A stretch of 64,000 bases of DNA. Source: a virus. The position numbers were made by a program, and so were the translations under genes. Below, in pieces: positions 8,545 through 17,957 of this stretch. The stretch is from the IMG/VR virus record IMGVR_UViG_3300021961_008712, positions 96,001 to 160,000 of that record; one strand, given 5' to 3'. A model generated the notes under the pieces. It was not told the origin of the DNA. It ran no database searches and was given only the letters and a program-made list of their open reading frames with translations. Position 1 is the stretch's first letter; each line of letters begins with the position of its first letter.

Positions 8545-10266
8545 ATGGCGAATTTCACTAACACAAAAATTAATCAGACTTTTCAAAGAGTCGTTCAAGT
8601 TAACGGCAATGCCGAACTACAGGACGGTCTAGGTAGACAATTGTCTGGTTCTATGGGTGATCTAACTGTTAACGGTACATTAGGTATCACTGGATATTCT
8701 GATGTATCTGCATCTTTAGCTCAACTTCATACTTTTAGTTCGTCATTAGACAATACCTTCGCTACAGATAATGAACTAGCAGCAGTTTCTAGCTCTCTTG
8801 CTTTAGAGACAGCACAACTATTAAATTTTAGTGCTTCTTTAGATGCAACTTTTGCTACTGATGCAGAATTAAGTAGCTTATCAAGCTCGATTTCTGCTAC
8901 ATACCTTTCTAATGATGAATGGATTTTCCACTCTGCTTCTATCAGAAACGACATTTTTGCAGACAGTGTTAGAATTGCCTTCTTTGAAAATAAAACTTTA
9001 GTTTCTGGTTCTAGTCAAATTGATTTAACTCAAACAACCAACTATAGTGCGATTTCTAGTTCTATAGCAGATCTACAAAATTTTAGTGCTTCTTTAGATG
9101 CAACTTTTGCTACTGATGCTGAATTGTCCGCACTTTCTAGTTCTGTTGCTTCTACATACCTTTCTAATGATGAATGGACTTTCCACTCAGCATCTATAAG
9201 AAATGATATCTTTGCAGATAGTGTCAGAATAGCTTTCTTTGAAAATAAAACTTTAGTTTCTGGTTCTAGTCAAATAAATCTTAGCCAAGCTACAGGAATC
9301 GCAGCACAAGCTATTACCGCATCCTATGCAATTTCTGCATCTCATGAAATTACTTATGAGCTATCATCTTCATATGCTAATTTTGCAACTACTGCTTCAC
9401 ATGCATTAAATGTACCTGATATTAGTGCTGTAAATGCTTATACAAGTTCTATAGATGCTAGAGTAATAAGCTTAGAGACGTTAAGTTCTTCTTTAGACAC
9501 ACTATTTCTATCAGAAGAAGAATGGACTTTCCATTCAGCCTCTATTAGAAATGATATTGCTTTTGATAGTAGTAGAATAGCAGTTTTAGAAAATAAAACT
9601 TTAGTAAGTAGTTCAGCCCAAATTACTGATTTTGGCTTTATTTAATCGTCACATACTGATATTGCAGCATTAAATTTATTTACAGGTTCGATACAAGCAG
9701 AAGTTAATAGTTTAAATGCAGCAACAAGTTCTTTCTTAACAAGTTTAACAGCCAACACATTAGATGAACTTGCTGATGTAAATGATTACAATGCATCTAC
9801 TATTACTGACGGTTACAGGTTAGCATGGGATAGTGGTAGTCAAGAATGGGCACCAGCACCTAGTAGTACGTTTAAAGGTACAACTCGATTATTTATTTCA
9901 ACTACCAGAAGTAATAGTTCAACATTTTTCTTCAATTCAATTACCCGTACAGCAACCGATTCTCCATCACCAGTTGCAGATAGTGCTTTCTTACTTACAT
10001 CAGCTTTACTTAGTAAAGTTACTATTTACTTAAGAAATGATGCCGCATCAGCAAATGCATGTACAGTGGAGGTATTCAAGAATGCAGATGGAGCAGGTTT
10101 TGCATCTGCTTCATCAATTGCTACTGATTCAGGTACGTTAAATACCGATGTAATAACTACATTTAGTTTTACTGGATTATCTTTAGCACAATTTGATTCT
10201 ATACACATCAAAGTTACGCCTACTATAGCAGGTGGACAATACTACGGTATAGTAATTATTGAGTAA
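8545..10266 (+). pseudogene. Ser/Ala-rich repeat protein (fibre or virion-like) interrupted by one in-frame TAA at 9643-9645
   Basis: The frame stays open from 9646 to 10266 with the same composition, so ORFs 8545-9645 and 10066-10266 are one frame. Confidence 0.75.
8824..9275 (+). repeat. intragenic direct repeat, 255-bp (85-aa) period, with a third partial copy near 9480-9625
   Basis: NFSASLDATFATDAELS...YLSNDEW.FHSASIRNDIFADSVRIAFFENKTLVSGSSQI starts at 8824 and again at 9079. Confidence 0.9.
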
Positions 10267-10317
10267 AAAGTTGCATATGAAATAAAAAGTTCTTATATTA
10301 TTATAATAGAAGACAAC

Positions 10318-10345
10318 AGTGTCGTAGCACCACTTTAAAAACACA
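10318..10345 (+). ncRNA. preQ1-I-like riboswitch aptamer
   Basis: AGTG-TCGTAGCAC-CACT-TTAAAAACACA, located between the promoter and ATG 10349 at the head of the queD/queE unit. Confidence 0.78.
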
Positions 10346-10348
10346 TTT

Positions 10349-10600
10349 ATGAAAACAGAAGAACAAAGGTTATTAGACGAACTCTACGATGTAGAGACAA
10401 GAAGAGTATCTAAAATTAAAGATCTCTCCACCTCACCCACACTTGAAGATTATCCCGACGCAAAAAAACATCAAATTGTGTCGTTTATTAAATCAGGAAT
10501 TCGTATATTAGGATATATACTTATTCCTTTTGATTTATTTTGGGCAGCAGGAATATTAGTATTATCAGAAGTTGTTGGAATATTAGAAGAGTTGGTATGA
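10349..10600 (+). CDS. small membrane protein, first gene after the riboswitch
   Basis: Hydrophobic C-terminal half (ILGYILIPF...AAGILVLSEVVGIL). Confidence 0.7.
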   Translation: MKTEEQRLLDELYDVETRRVSKIKDLSTSPTLEDYPDAKKHQIVSFIKSGIRILGYILIPFDLFWAAGILVLSEVVGILEELV

Positions 10601-10761
10601 TAGAGGTAGTTAAGCACACTTTAGGAATTTGCGGAGAGCATTGGCATCCTAGTGCACTTACAGTATTAGCTAGCAGTCCATTATTTGTAGCTACAGTTAA
10701 CTACATTAAATGTAAATGCGGCGGATTGTTTAATCATAAAAAAAGTTGTAATAATGAGTAA
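10597..10761 (+). CDS. small Cys/His-containing hypothetical protein (likely start ATG 10597)
   Basis: Overlaps both neighbours; HTLGICGEHWHP. Confidence 0.6.
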   Translation: MIEVVKHTLGICGEHWHPSALTVLASSPLFVATVNYIKCKCGGLFNHKKSCNNE

Positions 10762-11224
10762 ATTTCAATCAACAAAAGTATTTGATGGATTTAGTACCTG
10801 CTTTAGACAATGGAAAGCAGAAGATACTCATTGTAGGTTTCTACATGGGTATGGAGTTTCAATTAAAATTTGGTTCGAAGGTGAATTAGATGAAAGAAAC
10901 TGGGTATGGGACTTTGGCGGTATGAAAAGAGCTAAAGGTAAAATAGACGGTTTATCTCCTAAAGAATGGTTTGAGTATATGTTTGACCATACTGTTATTG
11001 TAGCAGAAGATGATCCGCAATTAGGAAATTATTTCAGAAAAATGGACCGTAACGGTACAATCCAACTGCGTGAAGTACCTGCTACTGGAGCAGAGAAGTT
11101 TGCCGAATTTGTGTACTCAAAAGTTAATCCTTTTATTGAGGAAGAAACTAACGGTAGAGTAACTATTACTAAAGTAGAATTCAGAGAACACGATAAAAAT
11201 TCAGCTATTTATGTCCCTAGGTAG
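10754..11224 (+). CDS. queD: 6-carboxytetrahydropterin synthase
   Basis: HCRFLHGY, DFG, FDH, E near the C-terminus; PTPS/QueD fold. Confidence 0.9.
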   Translation: MSKFQSTKVFDGFSTCFRQWKAEDTHCRFLHGYGVSIKIWFEGELDERNWVWDFGGMKRAKGKIDGLSPKEWFEYMFDHTVIVAEDDPQLGNYFRKMDRNGTIQLREVPATGAEKFAEFVYSKVNPFIEEETNGRVTITKVEFREHDKNSAIYVPR

Positions 11225-11987
11225 AATAGAAGATTATAATAAAGTACTACCCATCGTTGAACTTTATACTGCAGTACAATCTGAAGGTTCTAGACAAGGT
11301 TATCCGACTATTGTCATAAGAACAACAGGATGTACTCATAGATGCTACTTTGGAGAAGGTGGCTGGTGTGATAGCTGGTATACTTCTATTCACCCAGAAA
11401 AAGGTAGATATACCTTTAATGATATCATAGATATGTACGATAAAAATCCTCATATCTCAGAAATGATGTTAACCGGTGGTTCTCCTTCAATGCACGGCAA
11501 ATTAGTAAACGAATTAACACACCTAGCACATGAAAGAGGTATTTTTATCACTATGGAGAACGAAGGTAGTCATTACCTTGAGACCGATTATCCTATTGAT
11601 CTCCTGTCTATTAGCCCTAAGTTCTCTAATAGTGTTCCTATTATTGGCGTATCCACACCTCAAGGTGGTATAGTAGATGATAGAATGGTTAAACAGCATA
11701 ATAAGTATAGATTAAATTTAGACGCTATTAGAAAGTCAATTGCGTATCATAAGGACTACCATATTAAACCGGTATTAGATAAAGACTTAACTATATACAG
11801 CGAGGTTAGGCAGTTTTTAGATAGCCTAAATATTCCTAATGAAAAAGTCTGGATGATGCCAGCTGGAGATACAAGAGTTGCATTATTTGAAACTTATCCT
11901 GTAGTTATGGATTTTTGTAGAGATGAAGGTTACAGATTTACAGGAAGAGCACACATAATGGCATTTGATACACAACGAGAAGTATGA
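11211..11987 (+). CDS. queE: 7-carboxy-7-deazaguanine synthase (radical SAM)
   Basis: VQSEG, RTTGC..C..CDS, LTGGSP, ENEGS, SISPK. Confidence 0.92.
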   Translation: MSLGRIEDYNKVLPIVELYTAVQSEGSRQGYPTIVIRTTGCTHRCYFGEGGWCDSWYTSIHPEKGRYTFNDIIDMYDKNPHISEMMLTGGSPSMHGKLVNELTHLAHERGIFITMENEGSHYLETDYPIDLLSISPKFSNSVPIIGVSTPQGGIVDDRMVKQHNKYRLNLDAIRKSIAYHKDYHIKPVLDKDLTIYSEVRQFLDSLNIPNEKVWMMPAGDTRVALFETYPVVMDFCRDEGYRFTGRAHIMAFDTQREV

Positions 11988-12238
11988 GTTTTATTATAGG
12001 ATCAAAATGTATTGGTACTAAAGATGGAGCCTGTATTGCAGTCTGTCCAGTAGACTGTATTGCAGAAGGAGAAGAATCTATGTACATTAATCCTGAAGTA
12101 TGCATTGACTGTGGTGCATGTGTCCCGGAATGCCCTGTAGAAGCTATATTTGATACAGAAGAACAAGCAATCGCAGCCGGAGAATTAGAAGCAGTAAAAA
12201 AGAATTATCAATTTTATGGTTTAACATACAAACAATGA
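11984..12238 (+). CDS. dicluster ferredoxin
   Basis: C..KDGACIAVCPVDCI and CIDCGACVPECPVEAI. Confidence 0.93.
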   Translation: MSFIIGSKCIGTKDGACIAVCPVDCIAEGEESMYINPEVCIDCGACVPECPVEAIFDTEEQAIAAGELEAVKKNYQFYGLTYKQ

Positions 12239-12426
12239 CAGCAGAAGAATTTGTTATTTGGTTTAGAGGTTTTGTCAACGGTGCTCACCACTTTAATATT
12301 ACTCCACAGCAATGGGAGTACTTAAAGGAAAAACTAGATGAAGTAGAAAGTAAAAATACTCTAGCAGATTACACTGCCGGTAATTGGTTTATTAATAACA
12401 CATGGGAGAAAACAAAATCTACTTAA
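12235..12426 (+). CDS. hypothetical protein
   Basis: Translationally coupled ORF. Confidence 0.65.
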   Translation: MTAEEFVIWFRGFVNGAHHFNITPQQWEYLKEKLDEVESKNTLADYTAGNWFINNTWEKTKST

Positions 12427-12806
12427 CTTGGGAGGATGTCTATGAGCTATTAGACAAAATTCATGAACAAACAAAAGGAGAAATCAAATATGTAACCGGT
12501 ATTCCTAGAGGAGGAATTCTTTTAGCAGTACTTTATTCACATAGATTTAATGTACAGTACTTTGAATTTAAAAGTAATCATTATCATGATTTGTTAATTA
12601 TAGACGATATAGCTGATACAGGAGATACTTTTTTAAACTTAAAAGAAGACATAAAACTACCAAAAACAGCAGCACTTCATTATAAATCCACTTCTAAATT
12701 TAAACCTGATTTCTTCGGTAAGGAAGTACCAGGAGATTTCGGTTGGATAGTCTACCCTTGGGAAAAAAAAGATTCAAAACCAATTCAAGACTATTTGGAT
12801 AATTGA
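12402..12806 (+). CDS. type I purine phosphoribosyltransferase (Gpt/XGPRT-like)
   Basis: GIPRGG, PRPP motif LIIDDIADTGDT, WIVYPWE. Confidence 0.88.
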   Translation: MGENKIYLTWEDVYELLDKIHEQTKGEIKYVTGIPRGGILLAVLYSHRFNVQYFEFKSNHYHDLLIIDDIADTGDTFLNLKEDIKLPKTAALHYKSTSKFKPDFFGKEVPGDFGWIVYPWEKKDSKPIQDYLDN

Positions 12807-12835
12807 GCAAAAATTCGTATATTAAGATATAGATA

Positions 12836-12864
12836 ATGTGTCGCAGTACCACTTTAAAAACAAA
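12836..12864 (+). ncRNA. preQ1-I-like riboswitch aptamer upstream of folE
   Basis: (AT)GTG-TCGCAGTAC-CAC(TT)-TAAAAACAAA, after promoter 12795-12824 and before ATG 12871. Confidence 0.72.
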
Positions 12865-12870
12865 AAATTA

Positions 12871-13542
12871 ATGAATAACATTGAATTAGAATTAGTAAAA
12901 GAAGGATTTGCAAATGGTGTAGCCCCTGGGTTTCCTCTTACAGAAGTACAGAAAAGTGAAATGATTGAAGAAGCAGCATATGCTTATGGAAAGTTTCTAG
13001 ATGCTTTAGGATGTGACTGGAGAAATGACCCTAACTCAGCTGATACTCCTCGTAGAGTAGCTAAAGCATATGTAAGAGATTTATGGAGAGGACGTTATGA
13101 TGCAATGACTGAAATTACAGCATTCCCTTCTGATGGGTACAACGGTATCGTACAGGAGTCAAATATACCGGTGACGTCAATGTGTAGCCACCACCACCAA
13201 ACAATAGGTGGTCGTGTGAGTATTGCCTATGTACCGTCTGAGAATGGTAAAGTAGTAGGTCTGTCTAAACTCAACCGTATCGTCGAACACTTTGGACGAA
13301 GAGGTGCTATACAAGAGCAACTTACTGTAGCCATTCATAATGCAATCGATAAGATTTGTGAAGGTAACCTTGGAGTAGCTGTAATGATTGATGCAACTCA
13401 TAACTGTGTAAGTTGTAGAGGAGTTAAGCACCAAGGAGCTTCAATGCAGACAGCTAAACTATCAGGTTGCTTTCTTAACGAAGATTCTGCAAGAGCTGAG
13501 TTTTATAAAAACATAGAATTAGCAGGTAAATGTAGATATTAG
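12871..13542 (+). CDS. folE: GTP cyclohydrolase I
   Basis: TPRRVAK, SMCSHH, VVGLSKLNR, QEQLT, HNCVSCRG. Start moved to ATG 12871. Confidence 0.96.
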   Translation: MNNIELELVKEGFANGVAPGFPLTEVQKSEMIEEAAYAYGKFLDALGCDWRNDPNSADTPRRVAKAYVRDLWRGRYDAMTEITAFPSDGYNGIVQESNIPVTSMCSHHHQTIGGRVSIAYVPSENGKVVGLSKLNRIVEHFGRRGAIQEQLTVAIHNAIDKICEGNLGVAVMIDATHNCVSCRGVKHQGASMQTAKLSGCFLNEDSARAEFYKNIELAGKCRY

Positions 13543-13551
13543 GAGTATATT

Positions 13552-14277
13552 ATGTTTGAATGGATAAAAGAAAAATATGCGCACCTTGATAAAGACACTG
13601 TTCGCTTTAGAGCCGGAAGCCCAAACCCTATTATAAGGTTTGAAAATTTTCTTCCGGAAACAGAAGCATACAAACTCTATTATGAAAGCCAAAGTATACC
13701 AAATGTATACTGGAAAACTTTTGATAGAAATGGAAGTCATATGAAGGAGTTAAATAAAGTTGAACTTATGCCTATAGCATTCAATATTATTAACTACCTG
13801 AATAGCGGACCATTTTTAACTTACTTAGAGACATTAACAGGTATCGAAAGACTTATCCCAGATCCCCATTTAATAGGAGCAGGATACAGTAAGAGCTTTA
13901 ATGGTGATACCTTAAAGATACATACAGATTTTAACTGGAATAACGAATTAAGCCTTCATCGAGCATTAAGTTTAATAATCTATATTACACCAGAATGGAA
14001 GGCTGAATATGGAGGAGCATTGAGCTTTCTCGACAGAGATAGACAGCAAGAAATTTTTAAAGCTGATTGTTTATTTAATACAGCGTTAATTTGGAGACAT
14101 GGTAAATATGCTTTTCATGGATACCCAGATCCAATTCAATGTCCATCTCATTTGTCGAGAAATACTTTGAGACTGTTTTATTTTGTAAGTACCTCAGAAC
14201 ACAACCCAGATGATCCACCACACCGTAGTTTATACTGGTATGATGAAAAATTAAATGAACCTATAGATTTAAAATAA
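13552..14277 (+). CDS. 2OG-Fe(II) oxygenase
   Basis: HTD...H...R triad (IHTDFN, FHGY, RNTLRLFY). Confidence 0.88.
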   Translation: MFEWIKEKYAHLDKDTVRFRAGSPNPIIRFENFLPETEAYKLYYESQSIPNVYWKTFDRNGSHMKELNKVELMPIAFNIINYLNSGPFLTYLETLTGIERLIPDPHLIGAGYSKSFNGDTLKIHTDFNWNNELSLHRALSLIIYITPEWKAEYGGALSFLDRDRQQEIFKADCLFNTALIWRHGKYAFHGYPDPIQCPSHLSRNTLRLFYFVSTSEHNPDDPPHRSLYWYDEKLNEPIDLK

Positions 14278-14278
14278 A

Positions 14279-15448
14279 ATGATTTACGTAAATTTTGGAA
14301 AGAACTCGAGTGAAGACCATAAATGGTATTGGGCAGATAAAGGAGCTAAAGAATATACAGAATGGACCTCTGCTGACAAAAACCCTATTTTCTATTATGA
14401 TAGACATGATTTAGCTATGAGAAATCTCGAGTTTAGAGACTTTGTTACAGAAGAAATGTGGGAACATTTTAGAACTAACGAAGAAGCTCTAATAGTAATT
14501 AATTTTGCTGATGATTATATTAACTCAGCAGACTTAGATAGATTTGCCTCTGATATCAAGCTTAGAAATGTAGATAGTTCTAGAGTTATTTTTGTATTGA
14601 TGGATCAAAATTTCATTGAGTTTGTAGTTAATGGACTAGCAGCTAGAGGAATAAATAATATTTCAGCTGATTACATTAATATTCTCATGAAAAGGGTACC
14701 TCCTAGGTATAATGATGAAGCAATAAAGACTCATAAATTCTCAATATTTAGTAGAAATTATTGGGATTGGAGGTTTGATATTTATTTAGAACTTCTTAAA
14801 AGAGGAGTATTAGCAAATACTAATTTCTCTTTTCATAATTACAATCCTTATACAAATGAATTATACGATGAGGAAAGACTAAAAGCTGATGCGATTAAAA
14901 AGGGACACGTAATAACCCAAGAAGTAGAAGAATTTATTAAAGGTGTACCCTACGATTTGGGGAGCAGAAGTAACAAATTCTCTGATGTTATTTACGAAGC
15001 ATTAAACACATCAGACTACCATATAGTTGTTGAATCTCATTTTGATCCTTTTTTAGGAATAAATTATGAGTTTGCTAAAAAAGACTATAATGAATTAACA
15101 ATCTCTCCTGGATTTATCACAGAAAAAGTATGGAAACCTATTGCGTGTAAAAGACCGTTTTTTATTGCAGCAACTCCATTTATTTTGAGAGATTTGAAAA
15201 AGTTAGGATATAAAACTTTCGGAGAATTTATTGATGAATCCTATGATGAAATCGTAGATGATAAACAAAGATTACTTGCTCTAACTTCTGAAATTGAACG
15301 CATAAATAATCTTCCAACCGAAGAGTATAATCAGCTTCTAGCTTCTTTGCAAAATATAGTAGAGTATAACCATAGTGTATATATTAACCAGTGGGAAAAT
15401 GTAAATTTTACTAAGTACCCTTTTCTACATGGAATAGTTGTACTTTAA
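14279..15448 (+). CDS. putative glycosyltransferase (GT10/GT-B-like C-terminus)
   Basis: ITEKVWKPIACKRPF...LGYKTF...DESYD motif. Confidence 0.55.
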   Translation: MIYVNFGKNSSEDHKWYWADKGAKEYTEWTSADKNPIFYYDRHDLAMRNLEFRDFVTEEMWEHFRTNEEALIVINFADDYINSADLDRFASDIKLRNVDSSRVIFVLMDQNFIEFVVNGLAARGINNISADYINILMKRVPPRYNDEAIKTHKFSIFSRNYWDWRFDIYLELLKRGVLANTNFSFHNYNPYTNELYDEERLKADAIKKGHVITQEVEEFIKGVPYDLGSRSNKFSDVIYEALNTSDYHIVVESHFDPFLGINYEFAKKDYNELTISPGFITEKVWKPIACKRPFFIAATPFILRDLKKLGYKTFGEFIDESYDEIVDDKQRLLALTSEIERINNLPTEEYNQLLASLQNIVEYNHSVYINQWENVNFTKYPFLHGIVVL

Positions 15449-15472
15449 AATTATTTTTATTATATTATAGAT

Positions 15473-15871
15473 ATGGAAATAGATATTAGACCTTGGGGTA
15501 GATATGAAGTGTTGCTAGATGCTGAATATACTAAAGTAAAGTTGATTACTGTAGAACCTCAAAAAAAACTATCGTACCAATCTCATGAAAAGAGACAGGA
15601 ATATTGGACTGTTGTTCAAGGTACCTTAACTGTAATTCTTGACGATAAAACTATTTCTGTACCTACCGGTGATTCTATTCACATTCCTTTAGGCTCTAAA
15701 CATAGAGCTTGGAATAAGACAGAAACTCCTGTTCAATTTGTAGAAGTACAAACAGGAACTTATTTTGGAGAAGATGATATCGTAAGATATGAAGATGATT
15801 TTGGAAGAGCCGAGTTAGAACATTTAAGAGATGGAAATTATATTGGCGGATTAACAATGCCTAAAAGATAA
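15473..15871 (+). CDS. mannose-6-phosphate isomerase type II cupin domain
   Basis: RPWG, LSYQSH..RQEYW, EVQTGTYFGEDDIVR. Confidence 0.9.
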   Translation: MEIDIRPWGRYEVLLDAEYTKVKLITVEPQKKLSYQSHEKRQEYWTVVQGTLTVILDDKTISVPTGDSIHIPLGSKHRAWNKTETPVQFVEVQTGTYFGEDDIVRYEDDFGRAELEHLRDGNYIGGLTMPKR

Positions 15872-15875
15872 AAAA

Positions 15876-16409
15876 ATGGGTAAACAACTAACATTATTTA
15901 CAGAAGAAGAAATGGGACCTTGTAGCAAGCATGATAACGAGTATGTACCCTTTGTTTCAGAAGTAGAAGAATTCAATGCCATATTTGGCAAACCTAATAA
16001 CTATGAACCAACAATCCCAGCAAAAGCCGAGTGGGAGTTCGTATATAACTTTATACTCGAAGAATTGGAAGAATATAGACAAGCTTGCGAAGACGGAAAC
16101 ATCGTGGAAGTTTTGGATGCTTTGTGTGATATTACTTATGTTTCCCTTGGGAACGGTGTTATGTTACACGGCCTTAAGGATAAGATATGGCCAGCGTATC
16201 AAGAGGTTCAAGCGAGTAATCTTAGTAAAGCTTGCTCTACTGAAGAAGAAGCCGCACAGACTGTCACCGTACGAGCTAAAGAACAGGGTGAGCCTTGTCA
16301 TTATGAAAAAGTTAATGGGAAGTTCATTGTCTACAGAACAAGAGATAGAAAAGTAATGAAATCAGTTAATTACTTTAGACCAGATTTAACTAAGTACTTT
16401 AATGGTTAA
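15876..16409 (+). CDS. MazG-like (PRA-PH/DR2231 type) nucleoside triphosphate pyrophosphatase
   Basis: EELEE, EVLDALCDITYV, EVQASNLSK. Confidence 0.85.
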   Translation: MGKQLTLFTEEEMGPCSKHDNEYVPFVSEVEEFNAIFGKPNNYEPTIPAKAEWEFVYNFILEELEEYRQACEDGNIVEVLDALCDITYVSLGNGVMLHGLKDKIWPAYQEVQASNLSKACSTEEEAAQTVTVRAKEQGEPCHYEKVNGKFIVYRTRDRKVMKSVNYFRPDLTKYFNG

Positions 16410-16602
16410 TTTAGAAGATCATATAGTAGTAATTGAAGGTAAAAAGTACGTACCTTATGAACTTGCTGTAGAAGCTTATACTCAAAAGCATGAGTATGAA
16501 GAAAATCAAGCTAAATTTGATGCAGCAATGAAATTAATAGAGACCTCAGTTCAAGATCTTTCACAAGCTTTAAACATCAGTAAACTAACAGGTGAAGAAT
16601 AA
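16402..16602 (+). CDS. hypothetical protein
   Basis: Coupled ORF. Confidence 0.65.
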   Translation: MVNLEDHIVVIEGKKYVPYELAVEAYTQKHEYEENQAKFDAAMKLIETSVQDLSQALNISKLTGEE

Positions 16603-17143
16603 ACCTATATTAATTTTTGGAGATAGTTTTAGTTCCAACTGGGGCAAAGATTCAAGAAGAAGTTGGGTAGATATTATTTCGAAGAAATTTGATGTTGTTA
16701 ATGTCGCGGAAGCAGGAGTAGGAGAATATAAAATTTTTTCTCAAATAAAGTCGTTAGATCTGAATAATTTTTCGTATATTATAGGTAATCATACGTCACA
16801 TTCTCGTGTGCATTCTAGACAGTCAATTCACAATACCGTAATACATGGTAATTGTGATTTACTTTATCTAGACAGTATGCACTTAAAAGAAGCAAGATGG
16901 TTTTTTGAAAATGTGTATGATGATGATTATTTTAAATTTACTTATGAACTAATAAGGGATAAGATTAATAGTAAATTACAAGGTTATAGAAGGTTTATTT
17001 TTGACCCTTTTTATTCAGAATATAAAGACTCAGTAAGTTTTGTAAATAAGTGGAAATTTGATTCTAATAATAAAAATCACTTTGATGCAAAAACGAATAT
17101 TGAGATAGCAGAATTAATAAAAAATAAAATAGTTTATGGTTAG
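16592..17143 (+). CDS. SGNH hydrolase-like protein
   Basis: FGDSFS, G in block II, NH near the C-terminus. Confidence 0.65.
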   Translation: MKNKPILIFGDSFSSNWGKDSRRSWVDIISKKFDVVNVAEAGVGEYKIFSQIKSLDLNNFSYIIGNHTSHSRVHSRQSIHNTVIHGNCDLLYLDSMHLKEARWFFENVYDDDYFKFTYELIRDKINSKLQGYRRFIFDPFYSEYKDSVSFVNKWKFDSNNKNHFDAKTNIEIAELIKNKIVYG

Positions 17144-17957
17144 AATAGCTCACGAGAGTCCTAAAAGCATCTTTGATACTGTACAGAAGTTTACAGATTA
17201 CGATTATGCATTAGTTCATCTATTTGAAGAAGATGAAGAGTACTTAAATATGTTTAAAAAAGCTGTAAGTAGAGGGAGAGAAGTAATTCTCGATAACTCT
17301 ATTTTTGAGTTAGAAGAAGCTTTTGATGCAGATAGATTTGCATACTGGATTAAAGAATTGAGACCTACTTGGTATATTGTTCCGGATGCATTAGAGGATT
17401 CTAAGCGAACTATGAATCAAATGGCTGAATGGAATATGAAATACTCAAACGTTCCAGGTAAGAAAATTGGAGTTGTTCAGGGTAAGACATATGAGCAAAT
17501 TAAAGCTTGCTACATCTTTATGGATGAAATCGCAAAGGTAGACATGATTGCTATCTCTTTTGACTATTCGTATTATACTGAATCTGTCCCTCATCCTAAC
17601 AAATACGTAAGTTGGATGCTTGGGAGAGTTAAACTACTCGGAGACTTAATGAGAGACGGTGTGATAAACGAGAAGAAGCCTCATCACCTATTAGGATGTG
17701 GATTACCTCAAGAATTCCAATACTATAAACACTCAGACTATAATTGGCTGTATTCCTTAGATACCTCTAATCCGGTAGTACACGGTATTAAGGGTATAGA
17801 GTATAAAGACCAAGGACTTTGGAGTAAAGAATCGCAGAAACTATTTGAGATGATTAATAGTGAAGTAAGTATGGATCAACTTCATCTCATTAAGTATAAT
17901 ATTCAAAAATTTAGATGGTTTACAAATGGGCAGACGGACGTGGATAGCATTTTTTAG
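17136..17957 (+). CDS. dpdA: TGT-fold 7-deazaguanine insertion protein (DpdA-like, probably DpdA3 type)
   Basis: ILDNS, VPD, GVVQG, HHLLG and SLDTS follow the TGT motif order; located in the que cluster. Confidence 0.72.
   Translation: MVRIAHESPKSIFDTVQKFTDYDYALVHLFEEDEEYLNMFKKAVSRGREVILDNSIFELEEAFDADRFAYWIKELRPTWYIVPDALEDSKRTMNQMAEWNMKYSNVPGKKIGVVQGKTYEQIKACYIFMDEIAKVDMIAISFDYSYYTESVPHPNKYVSWMLGRVKLLGDLMRDGVINEKKPHHLLGCGLPQEFQYYKHSDYNWLYSLDTSNPVVHGIKGIEYKDQGLWSKESQKLFEMINSEVSMDQLHLIKYNIQKFRWFTNGQTDVDSIF

Noticed and set aside
8824-9625. Direct repeats as a CRISPR array or DGR TR/VR pair
   Set aside because: They are in-frame protein repeats with mostly synonymous differences; no spacers, adenine-specific variation or reverse transcriptase are seen.
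9643-9645. Genome-wide stop-codon reassignment
   Set aside because: TAA, TAG and TGA all end conserved genes at the expected positions, and no suppressor tRNA is present in the window.
12838-12870. folE start at GTG 12838 given in the ORF track
   Set aside because: These codons coincide with the riboswitch-like element right after the promoter; ATG 12871 with an A-rich leader fits better.
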